A DNA stretch of 28,565 nt from Bdellovibrionota bacterium. GTDB lineage: Bacteria; Bdellovibrionota_C; UBA2361; OMIW01. This document shows, piece after piece, positions 8,806-17,523 of the stretch; the first letter of the stretch is position 1; each line of letters opens with the position of its first letter. Location of the stretch: assembly GCA_044345055.1 (NCBI GenBank), contig JBIJBT010000031.1:1-28565 (forward strand). The letters run 5' to 3'. Below the pieces are notes generated by a model that was not told where the DNA came from, did no database searches, and saw nothing but the letters and a program-made list of their open reading frames with translations. The translations under genes were made by a program, and so were the position numbers.

Positions 8806-9675
8806 GTGCCGCCTGTGTTCCCGAAAGGTTCATTAGTAGATCGGCTCATAGAGATTGCCATCGATGAAGATCTAAGTCATGGCGATGTCACCTCACGGTG
8901 CGCGATTCCCAATGGGCATCGCTCCTTCGCAAAAATCATCGCTCGAGAAGAGCTAATTATCTGTGGCATACCCATTTTAAATCGGATTGCTGAGTTAGCG
9001 AATAGCGAAATCAGGTGGGAAGCGCTTGTAGCGGAAGGGGCCTTTGTAAAGCCTGAGCAGTCTGTCGCAGAAGCGATCGGAGAATCTCGAGAGCTTTTGG
9101 CGCTCGAGCGAATGATGCTCAATTTTTTGCAGCGGCTCTCAGGGGTCGCAACACACACAGCGTCTTTAGTTTCTCAATCGCACGGAGTGGTGCTTCTTGA
9201 TACCCGAAAAACGACACCGGGTTGGCGTTCTCTTGAAAAATATGCGACTCGCATCGGTGGAGCGCGCAATCATCGCAGCAATTTAAGCGAGATGATTTTG
9301 ATCAAAAATAATCATATAGATGCTCAGGAGGGCAATATCGCTCGTCTGTTCGAGCAGGTAAATCGAGAGCGACCGTGGCATATTCCTGTTGAGTGTGAAG
9401 TCAGAACAAAGGAAGAGCTATCCGCGATTCTCCCGTTTAAGCCAGATTTTATCTTGCTCGACAATATGAACGATCTGCTCATCGCGGAATGTTTAGCAGA
9501 AATGAAGAAGGTCGGATATCGGGGGGGGGTTGAAGTTTCAGGTGGTGTTACAGTTGAGCGGTTCCAAGCGTTAGCTGATCAAGGAGTTGTGGCTGCTTCA
9601 CTCGGTTCCCTTACAACTCAAGCGCGGTCGGTTGATATTTCGATGAGGGTTCGATCTGTTCAAGCTCTCGTATAA
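8806..9675 (+). CDS. nadC: Nicotinate-nucleotide diphosphorylase (quinolinate phosphoribosyltransferase)
   Basis: EDL..GDVT, ER..LNFLQRLSGVAT, DTRKTTPG, NHR, LIKNNH, ECEV, LLDNM, EVSGG, VDISM. Confidence 0.95.
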   Translation: MPPVFPKGSLVDRLIEIAIDEDLSHGDVTSRCAIPNGHRSFAKIIAREELIICGIPILNRIAELANSEIRWEALVAEGAFVKPEQSVAEAIGESRELLALERMMLNFLQRLSGVATHTASLVSQSHGVVLLDTRKTTPGWRSLEKYATRIGGARNHRSNLSEMILIKNNHIDAQEGNIARLFEQVNRERPWHIPVECEVRTKEELSAILPFKPDFILLDNMNDLLIAECLAEMKKVGYRGGVEVSGGVTVERFQALADQGVVAASLGSLTTQARSVDISMRVRSVQALV

Positions 9676-9777
9676 TGTTTAGAGACCTTTTGACGAAGTG
9701 GATGAAAGGCTCGTTTTTTTCTGCTCACATTTTCGTGTGGACGGTTTTAGGAACCATCGATTTTAGTAGTAGTCGGT

Positions 9778-10536
9778 ATGATGGTCTCATCTCTCTCCTG
9801 TTCAAGGATTTGGTCATTCGATTCAGTTACCTCAACGATGGATGTTGCGCGCGAACTGTCGCAGCGCGTTGCAGTTGGGACAGTAGGGTTGGTAACAGCT
9901 CGAACCCAAACAGCGGGCAGGGGGCGTCAAGGAAGAGTTTGGACTTCAGCTGAAGGGGCGTTCTTTGGGACATACATAATCCGACTTTCTCGGATTCAAA
10001 GGTCTGAGGAATTCACTAGGAGCTACTATTCGCAACTCAGTGGCTATTCTCTGGTTGTTGGTATTGCTCTCCACCGATTCCTAGAAACCAAGGGTATTAG
10101 AGCTGCTTTGAAGTGGCCAAATGACCTTCTGACTGCCGATGGCCGGAAAATAGCAGGGGTGCTAATTGAGGTAATTCCGGATGGTGATCGATTAGTGGTG
10201 CTGTGTGGTATTGGATGCAATTTGATGAATGCCCCAAAAACAGTTCCCGGAAGTGCTGGTATAGTTGAGCTTGGAAATTCACTTTCTAGCGACGAAGTAG
10301 CGAACGAGTTCACACCTCAGTTTTTATATATAACTGATCATTTTTTACGTGATGGATTTGCGCCATTCCAGAATGAATGGGTAGCTCGTGCGTTTCAGTA
10401 TAGCGATGATATAGCTATTAAATCTGGAAACTTTGAGGTGAAGGGCCGGTGGAAGGGTGTAAACGAACGGGGAGAACTCCAACTTGTAATGGCCGATGGT
10501 TCGATTCAAACAATATCCTCGGGCGAGATAGGGTAG
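9778..10536 (+). CDS. birA: Biotin-[acetyl-CoA carboxylase] ligase, monofunctional (no N-terminal HTH)
   Basis: STM, QTAGRGRQGRVW, KWPND, KIAGVLIE, GIGCN, C-terminal G.L.L....SGE. Confidence 0.92.
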   Translation: MMVSSLSCSRIWSFDSVTSTMDVARELSQRVAVGTVGLVTARTQTAGRGRQGRVWTSAEGAFFGTYIIRLSRIQRSEEFTRSYYSQLSGYSLVVGIALHRFLETKGIRAALKWPNDLLTADGRKIAGVLIEVIPDGDRLVVLCGIGCNLMNAPKTVPGSAGIVELGNSLSSDEVANEFTPQFLYITDHFLRDGFAPFQNEWVARAFQYSDDIAIKSGNFEVKGRWKGVNERGELQLVMADGSIQTISSGEIG

Positions 10537-10541
10537 TAGTT

Positions 10542-13500
10542 CTACAAAAATGATGCTGAGTCCAGTCGGATATCATCCTGTGCAGGTACTCGAGCTAAAA
10601 CGGTGCTCACTGTTCTAAGAAGTTCTCGAATGTGATCCCCTAATCTGAGAGCCTGAGTCTCCACAGCTGAGACGTCTGCTTCCTTTGCGGAATTCTCGAT
10701 ATTAGCGGCAATTTTTGCACATCCAAGGGCACCAACGTTAAGAAGTGCTCCTCGAAGTGCATGGGCGAGGTAAGCGGTGTCGCTAAATTGACGTGCAGCC
10801 ACACTGGCCGCTATTTGAGCTGTCTGTAAATCGCTTTCAATAACAAATGAGTGGAGAATTTCTCTAAGTTTGGTGACATCATAACCGAGGTCATTCCAGA
10901 GTCGAGATACGCTAAAGTTAAGATTTCGTAGCTCAAGCGCTGCAATCAATTCAGCACCGGAAAAGCTTGGATTTTGACTTTTTCCATTAATTACATTTGC
11001 ATTGCCGTCCCGTAGTCCAAGCGATTCGATGATCCCGAAAAGTCGAAGAGCTAAAATTGGTTTTGTAACCGCTCCCCACATACCGACGCATACATATTCA
11101 TCAATATCTTTCACCTGCGCGTCGGCGGTCACTGCGATGATGGGAACCGCATGCGGCCGCTCTGAGAGCCTTTCACTCGCTCTAATCATGCGAGTTGCTT
11201 CGATGCCACTAATTTTGGGCATCTGAATATCCATAAATACGAGATCAAAAAGATCTTCGTTTCCGTTTGGTTCGAAATGCCCGCGACCTCGCATGATATT
11301 AACCGCTTCAAGGCCCGAAGATACCGTTGTTACTGTGTGTCCCCATCCTTGCAGTAATGATGACAGCATGAAACGATTTGATTCAATATCATCGACGACA
11401 AGTACCGATAGACCTCGAGTTGCACGAGTGGTTGGCGTTATTCTTTGCGTGCGCTCTTCAACTGATTGATCTAGCCGCAGAAGAGGTTGAGTTATATACT
11501 GCAAGAAGGTTGCTCTAGAGATCGGTTTCGGGATGATATTAGTCGCACCAGCTTCAATCCAGATATCGGCAGATGCCGAAATGGGAGGTGGGAGCAAAAC
11601 GTACCACGAGAAATTAGATTGGCCAGATAATTTCTCTAATTTTTTTAATAGTGGATCGACGAGTAATCGTGCATCGATAAAAATAAGGATAGGGAAGTAG
11701 TGTGAGTCTTTTAATTTTTCGAGCAGTATTTCGGAAGTTACCCGCGATATCGAAGAAAAGCCGAGTTCGGCGAGTATATGGTTTAAGACAGAGCCACTTG
11801 ATTGATTATAATCAACGATAAAAACTTCCGTTTCTGGTTTAGTATCACCCAGCGAGTCCTTCCTGAACTGGACGGCTGAAGTTGTCAATTCGAGGAAAAA
11901 TGTAGCGCCTTGGCCGAAGATGCTCTCAACCCAAATTCCACCTCCCATCGCCCGAGCGAGACCTCGCACAATAGGAAGACTGAGCCCCGTCCGTCCCATT
12001 CGGCTAGATCCATCTGTTTCACTGCGATTGAAGGACTCAAATATCTCAGACTGTTGATGCAAGGGGATTCCCAAACCGCTATCTTTTATAGAAAAAAGCA
12101 CACGGGTTCCCTCGCCATCAGGCATCGTCTCTGCTGATAGAGCTACTACGATCTCTCCCGCTTCGCTAGTTGTTACGGCGTTCTCAACAAGAGTCGAAAG
12201 TATCTGCTTTATTCTCAGTCGATCAGCCTCAATATGCGTTGGTGCATCTGCAGAGATATCGAGGATGAGCTCCACATTCTTGCGAAAAGAAGAGTGCGCG
12301 TAAGAAGCGGTTACTTGGGTCAAAAGCTCCCTGATGTCGACCGGTGTTCTCTCGAAAGTTATGCTACCTGTCTCGATTGAGGAATAATCGAGCATGTCGT
12401 TAATGAGATCTAGGAGTGTGTTTCCTGAATCTTTTAGAACATGAACATATTCCCTCAGATGAATAGGTAACGACATTCGCTCGAGAATCTGCGCAATGCC
12501 GAGAATCGCGTTCAGTGGGGAGCGAACATCATGACTGATTGAGACGACATAATCGGTGCGTGCATCGACAGCTCCTTGGGCAACCCGAGTCGCATGAGCT
12601 GCAGTTTGTTGAGCTCGGTGATATGAGGAGAGAATCGAGTTTATCTCTTTAATAATATCATCGAAAATCTGCCCACCCTCTCCCTCCGGAACCATCAGAG
12701 TGCGAGCTTGATTGCCTTCAAGTTTAAGCTGATTTTTTATCGAGGTTATATTTTTTAAAATTAGTCGGTTAAAAAGTGTAATTGATCCAATTAGTATGAG
12801 AACTATTGAGCCGATGGAGATGAAGGAAGGGACCCAGAAAAGTGATATGGATCGATAAATATCAATATTTTCATCGTTAAAAGTAATCTCAAATACGTCA
12901 TCAGGTGATAAGCCAGAGATTAAGTTAATGCCAGATTGTTCCCCATTAAGCGGCTTTAATGATAATTCTATTCTGTCGATTTTCTCTTTTGCTGAGGAAG
13001 CAATAATTCTCTGAAGAGTGATTTTTATATCCTTAGCTCCAACTAACTTCGATATATTTTCAACATCGAGTGACTTTAGTCCGATGATGTGACCCACTGC
13101 GGGGCCATCAGGTGAGAAATACTCAACTGTTTTGATAGACGCAATTAAGGGTGTTCCGTTAAAAGAAAGTAGACCGGATGATGAATTATTCGAGGGAAGG
13201 ATGATTTTCAGATTTCCCAAGATGTTTGGAGGAAGAGAATCTTGTATCTTTGATAATTCACTCTTCACCGACCAAACCCGATTTCCGTTGCTATCAACCA
13301 AGATTACTAGGTCAATACCCATTGCGGCAAGTTCATCAGCGTTAGGTAACGCTCCATTGGGGTCAATTCGCGGAGTACTGGTGCGCAACGCGATACCAGA
13401 TGTAAATCCCTGAACCAATCGAGACTCTTCAGCCAAGGCAATTAAAATCTGATTGTAAAGTTCGCGTCCTCTATTTAATCTCGCTTCAGATTCGACTGTT

Positions 13501-13634
13501 TTGATCTTTGCTAACGCGAGAATTTGGGACAGGATGATTATTGGTACTGCAATAAGGCACAACGTACGTGCAAAGGGCGACCCGAAACAGAACGAGTTAA
13601 ATATCCTGTTTGAGATGATATGTGCGCTTTTCAT
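10542..13634 (-). CDS. Membrane hybrid sensor histidine kinase (CHASE4-like sensor, HisKA, HATPase, 2 receivers, Hpt)
   Basis: Two TM segments flank a CHASE4-like region; H-box SHDVRSPLN, G1 DSGLGI, degenerate REC1 (LIFIDARL), intact REC2 (VVDD..FMDIQMP..G..VTKP), Hpt AHALRG. Confidence 0.9.
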   Translation of the reverse strand: MKSAHIISNRIFNSFCFGSPFARTLCLIAVPIIILSQILALAKIKTVESEARLNRGRELYNQILIALAEESRLVQGFTSGIALRTSTPRIDPNGALPNADELAAMGIDLVILVDSNGNRVWSVKSELSKIQDSLPPNILGNLKIILPSNNSSSGLLSFNGTPLIASIKTVEYFSPDGPAVGHIIGLKSLDVENISKLVGAKDIKITLQRIIASSAKEKIDRIELSLKPLNGEQSGINLISGLSPDDVFEITFNDENIDIYRSISLFWVPSFISIGSIVLILIGSITLFNRLILKNITSIKNQLKLEGNQARTLMVPEGEGGQIFDDIIKEINSILSSYHRAQQTAAHATRVAQGAVDARTDYVVSISHDVRSPLNAILGIAQILERMSLPIHLREYVHVLKDSGNTLLDLINDMLDYSSIETGSITFERTPVDIRELLTQVTASYAHSSFRKNVELILDISADAPTHIEADRLRIKQILSTLVENAVTTSEAGEIVVALSAETMPDGEGTRVLFSIKDSGLGIPLHQQSEIFESFNRSETDGSSRMGRTGLSLPIVRGLARAMGGGIWVESIFGQGATFFLELTTSAVQFRKDSLGDTKPETEVFIVDYNQSSGSVLNHILAELGFSSISRVTSEILLEKLKDSHYFPILIFIDARLLVDPLLKKLEKLSGQSNFSWYVLLPPPISASADIWIEAGATNIIPKPISRATFLQYITQPLLRLDQSVEERTQRITPTTRATRGLSVLVVDDIESNRFMLSSLLQGWGHTVTTVSSGLEAVNIMRGRGHFEPNGNEDLFDLVFMDIQMPKISGIEATRMIRASERLSERPHAVPIIAVTADAQVKDIDEYVCVGMWGAVTKPILALRLFGIIESLGLRDGNANVINGKSQNPSFSGAELIAALELRNLNFSVSRLWNDLGYDVTKLREILHSFVIESDLQTAQIAASVAARQFSDTAYLAHALRGALLNVGALGCAKIAANIENSAKEADVSAVETQALRLGDHIRELLRTVSTVLARVPAQDDIRLDSASFL

Positions 13635-13764
13635 GAAAAGATGTTTGTCGAAGTGCCTCAGGGCTGGCGGGTAATTTTAAAGTGCATAAAAAAGAAGACT
13701 TTTAACGGTTCTCTTGTTTTCTCCCCAAATCACCAACCAGAGGCTCTATTGAGCCTAGATTAGT

Positions 13765-13792
13765 GAATCGGTTATTGAGCCAATAAACTTAA
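13765..13792 (-). promoter_or_regulatory. Sigma28-like promoter candidate for the hybrid kinase
   Basis: Minus strand TTAAGTTT-N12-ACCGATTC, 130 nt upstream of the ATG at 13634; closely resembles the 7237-7263 element. Confidence 0.45.
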
Positions 13793-13868
13793 GTTAACGT
13801 TATTGCATTTTAGCGTTTGGACTTGGGAGTCCGTTGTGTTAGTCCCCGATAATTGGATAATTTCTGAC

Positions 13869-13896
13869 TCAAGTTTCGCGATTAAATTGCCGTTCC
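13869..13896 (+). promoter_or_regulatory. Weaker sigma28-like candidate for the PP2C gene
   Basis: TCAAGTTT-N12-GCCGTTCC, 84 nt upstream of the GTG at 13981. Confidence 0.3.
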
Positions 13897-13980
13897 CTTC
13901 AACCGTTGATTTTGGGGTCAGTAAAAAAACCGTTCGGACACACTTAGAAAATTCTAAGTTTTCATTCTCATGGAGCATTG

Positions 13981-15213
13981 GTGAAGACAAGAAGTTATGT
14001 CGCCGCTCAGCCGGGGCCCGGTCGGGCAATAAGTGAAGACTCCTTTATCGCCGAGGATGAGCTCGGTCTATATGTGGTGTGCGATGGCATGGGCGCTCAC
14101 GCTGCGGGAGAGGTTGCATCAGCTCTTGCATGTGATGTGATAAAGCGGTTTATTGTTGAATCGAGCGCGAATGGAGTTAGGGTCTCCCGCAAGATGTTAG
14201 AGCGAGCTCTTCTAGAAGCGTGCGCAGTTGTTTTCGCCCATGGCGAAGAGCATGAAGATCTTCGAGGCATGGGAACAACCGCTACAGTCGTACTTCTTCG
14301 GGGCGGCCTGTGTTACGTCGCCCATGTAGGCGATTCCCGAGCCTACATAATCCGCTCCGGTACTATGAATCAACTCACAAAAGATCACACCGTGGTAATG
14401 GAGCTTGTCGATCAGGGTCTTATTACGATTGAGGAAGCATCAAAAAGTCCATACGGTCATATTTTAACGAGGGCGCTTGGATGTCAGCCTGTGGTCATTG
14501 TAGATAGTTTAAAAGTTGATGTGCTTCCGGGTGATCGAATACTTCTGTGTTCAGATGGTGTGTACCCCGGATTAATCGCTACTCAGGGGATTGTCGAGAA
14601 TTATGACAGTGAGTCGTCAAGAGAGACGATGCCAGAGCTATTAATAACTGAATCCGAACGAGCTAATGGTTCTGATGATATGACCGCTATTGAGATCTTT
14701 ATAGAGTCGGAGGATTTTTGCACCAGAGGTGCTGAGGTTACACTTACCTACGCAACTTTGAGTCAAATGACTCTTTTCGAGGAGATGGAATTTAGTGAAT
14801 TAGCTCAAATCATCGAGCATACCTCTTTCCGAGAAGTACAGAAGGGGGAGACCATAGTGCGGCAAGGAGAAAACGGGCGTGATATGTTCGTTATTCTTAA
14901 GGGCGCTTTTAGAGTCGAGAGAAATGGGGTAGTACTTGCGGATATTGAAAAGGGCGCGCACTTCGGTGACCTCGCCCTGATCTCAGGTCAGCCGGTTTCA
15001 GCAGATGTCAGAGCTTTATCCGATGCGGCTCTACTTGAGATATCCTACAGTGGGTTTCGGAGTGTGGTGGATCGCGATCCGCTTATTGGATTGAAGCTAT
15101 ATAGGGCACTTGCATCTCAACTCTGCGAGCAAATACGTATCCTCGACAATGTGTATTTGGGCGAAAAATCTCAAACTTACGTTGAACATCAGCTTGCAGC
15201 TGAATCGCAGTAA
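13981..15213 (+). CDS. PP2C/PPM Ser/Thr phosphatase fused to a C-terminal cNMP-binding-like domain
   Basis: R..SED, VCDGMG.HAAGEVAS, MGTT, HVGDSRAY, LTKDH, LLCSDG, DDMT; then GETIVRQGE..MFVIL.G..V, FGDLAL. GGAG precedes the GTG at 13981. Confidence 0.9.
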   Translation: MKTRSYVAAQPGPGRAISEDSFIAEDELGLYVVCDGMGAHAAGEVASALACDVIKRFIVESSANGVRVSRKMLERALLEACAVVFAHGEEHEDLRGMGTTATVVLLRGGLCYVAHVGDSRAYIIRSGTMNQLTKDHTVVMELVDQGLITIEEASKSPYGHILTRALGCQPVVIVDSLKVDVLPGDRILLCSDGVYPGLIATQGIVENYDSESSRETMPELLITESERANGSDDMTAIEIFIESEDFCTRGAEVTLTYATLSQMTLFEEMEFSELAQIIEHTSFREVQKGETIVRQGENGRDMFVILKGAFRVERNGVVLADIEKGAHFGDLALISGQPVSADVRALSDAALLEISYSGFRSVVDRDPLIGLKLYRALASQLCEQIRILDNVYLGEKSQTYVEHQLAAESQ

Positions 15214-15254
15214 CAGAATCAATAGCCTTAACCAATTTGTGACTGAAGATGCTG

Positions 15255-16259
15255 CTAGCGGTGGCTCCTAATGAAGCTCTCACGAGCGGCTTGGCGAGAG
15301 CAAGCGATGACCTCTTCCCTAGTTAGTATTCCGTTCTCAATTAGCTGCTCGTTTTCTCTCAGCACATTTGTCTGAAGAAAGACCGGATTATCGGAGTTTA
15401 TGGTGAATCTCACCCCATGATCTTTTAGCGCAAAGATAACGCTTTTCATCTCATCCCAGTCCTTAATGCACTCTCTAGTTCGAAGATTACTCGTCGGACA
15501 AAGTTCAAGACAGATTTTCCGACGCGCAAGCTCATCAAGCAGTTTCTTGTCCTGAACAGACTTAACGCCGTGCCCAATACGATCGGGTTGGAGAGTTTCA
15601 ATAACCTCCCACACCTCATCAGGCGGTGTTACCTCACCAGTGTGAATCGTTACCCCCAACTTATTTTTTCTCGCTATTCTCACCGGCTCGCGGATTTGAT
15701 CCCATGAAAAAGAAGAAACTAGGGGGCCTGCAACGTCGATCCCTACGACACCATCTCGAGCAAAACGGCCCGCTTTTTCTGCTATTATCAGATTAAGCTC
15801 TGGTGACAGGCGGCGATCCATACAGAGAATAAGTCCACCCTGAATTGGATAAATTAGTGTCGCCTTCTTCATACCGACGATTGCGCTGAAAATTAATTTG
15901 TCCAGGTCGTAAAAACCCTCACTGTTACGGTTCACCGGGTTGAATCGAAGCTCGAGCAACCGAACGTTTGCCTTCCGATACGAGAGAGAAAATCCTTCAT
16001 AAACGCACCGCTCCACCGCCATCGGGGATGATTGAATTTTTTCGGTGTAGTCGAAACGCTTAAGATACGCTTCGTAGGTGTCCTGATTGACCATCTCGAT
16101 AGTGTCGACGAATCGCCAATAATCCTTCTCTTTTAGCGCAATACCCTGATCGTGAGCTATCTCCCAGAGAGTATGGGCGGTCGCTGCTGAGCCAAGATGC
16201 ATATGGAGATCGCACAGGTCATGCAATTCGTCGGGGAGATCTACCTGATCGGGGGCCAT
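15255..16259 (-). CDS. Adenosine deaminase family metallohydrolase (substrate uncertain)
   Basis: DLHMHLG, ELRFNP, GIDVAG, TIHTGE, RIGHG, ELCPTSN, INSDNP. Confidence 0.9.
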   Translation of the reverse strand: MAPDQVDLPDELHDLCDLHMHLGSAATAHTLWEIAHDQGIALKEKDYWRFVDTIEMVNQDTYEAYLKRFDYTEKIQSSPMAVERCVYEGFSLSYRKANVRLLELRFNPVNRNSEGFYDLDKLIFSAIVGMKKATLIYPIQGGLILCMDRRLSPELNLIIAEKAGRFARDGVVGIDVAGPLVSSFSWDQIREPVRIARKNKLGVTIHTGEVTPPDEVWEVIETLQPDRIGHGVKSVQDKKLLDELARRKICLELCPTSNLRTRECIKDWDEMKSVIFALKDHGVRFTINSDNPVFLQTNVLRENEQLIENGILTREEVIACSRQAARESFIRSHR

Positions 16260-16359
16260 AATTAATATCCTGAAGCTAACTTGTATCGGCCAAGTATACC
16301 TCGGTTTTACGAATATTACCTTTTTTTTCCGAAAATTTTTGTTTGAATCATCTCTTCAT

Positions 16360-16384
16360 GCATCTGAGGGCTTCCCTCAGATGC
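16360..16384. repeat. Perfect 11-bp inverted repeat in the divergent deaminase/actA intergenic region
   Basis: GCATCTGAGGG-CTT-CCCTCAGATGC. Confidence 0.85.
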
Positions 16385-16620
16385 GCTTTCGCGTTACAAA
16401 GTGTGGGGCGTAATTGACTCTCATTGAAGTTTGTTACGTGCGGGTGACCTCCCCAATTCACTTGCGATTTTCCGATTGTTCAGCTATTACAGGGGGCCGA
16501 AACGTCCCCGTGGGAGCCGTGCTACGAGGAGACCATGCGAGCAAACTAATTGCGTCGCTCAAGAAAGCAACGTTGTGTTTTCGGCGCTGACTAAGTGCAC
16601 GGGTACCGCGCTACATATCT

Positions 16621-17376
16621 ATGAAACGAATTCCCCGTTCTTACTCATTTTTCGTCCTTACCGCTGTTTTGGGGTGTGCCGTTGCCCTGACAGTCGGATT
16701 CATCATTTTCCCTTTCTCTTCAGTTAGGGCCCAGCCATCCACGGCTGTGAACGCCCCCGATGCGACTCAGACTCAGGCCGCAGCTCCAAGCGGGCCGTCG
16801 AGCTACGGCATACCTCAGGAAAGCCTACCAGGATATCCTGCTCAAGGTATATCAGCCGGTGTTTGGAATCAGGGTCAAGCCGCTCTATGGGACCTTCACT
16901 TGATCGATCATTTTCGGTACTTCGGTCCCCAGCAGCGAGCTCGAGGGCATCGTCCCGAGCAACCAATAAACTTCAGCCATATCGTCCACGTTCAGGGCAA
17001 CAAGATGGAGTGTCAATACTGTCACTGGAACGTTGCAAAGTCTCCTTACGCTGCGATTCCGGACGTAGAGCTGTGCATGGGTTGTCACAAGATGGTGAAT
17101 AGTTCAGATCCTGCCGCGAATGCTGAGATTGAAAAGTTAAAGGGGTACTGGGAGAGAGGAGAGGCAATTCCGTGGAAAAAAGTACACGTAATGCCCGACT
17201 ACTATCGATTCAATCACAAGCGCCATGTTAAAGGCGGGGTCACTTGTCACGAGTGTCATGGACAGGTTGGCGAAATGCCAGTTGTTGAAAGAGTTTCTTC
17301 GATGAAGATGGGTTGGTGTATAGACTGTCATCGTCAAAGAGGAACGACTATAGATTGCGCCTCGTGTCACCATTAG
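16621..17376 (+). CDS. actA: Alternative complex III pentaheme cytochrome c subunit
   Basis: N-terminal hydrophobic helix; PEQPINFSH..H; five CxxCH motifs (CQYCH, CMGCH, CHECH, CIDCH, CASCH); MGWCIDCHR. Confidence 0.92.
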   Translation: MKRIPRSYSFFVLTAVLGCAVALTVGFIIFPFSSVRAQPSTAVNAPDATQTQAAAPSGPSSYGIPQESLPGYPAQGISAGVWNQGQAALWDLHLIDHFRYFGPQQRARGHRPEQPINFSHIVHVQGNKMECQYCHWNVAKSPYAAIPDVELCMGCHKMVNSSDPAANAEIEKLKGYWERGEAIPWKKVHVMPDYYRFNHKRHVKGGVTCHECHGQVGEMPVVERVSSMKMGWCIDCHRQRGTTIDCASCHH

Positions 17377-17523
17377 AAGGAACAGGAGATCGAGTCAGCG
17401 AAAAAACTTCCTCTATAGCAAACCAGAGGATATTAATAACTCTTAGTAGGCGTTCGTTGTGGTAAATGAGAATTCAAATAACAGGATGCGAGCGGTAAGG
17501 GTTGTTCGAGAAATGGAACTTTC

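Noticed and set aside
9675..9953. 92-aa ORF between nadC and birA
   Set aside because: Largely overlaps birA in another frame and has no motif.
16535..16580. c-di-GMP-I riboswitch suggested by GCAAAC
   Set aside because: The following GNRA-capped P2 stem and the GACGCAAA junction are missing.
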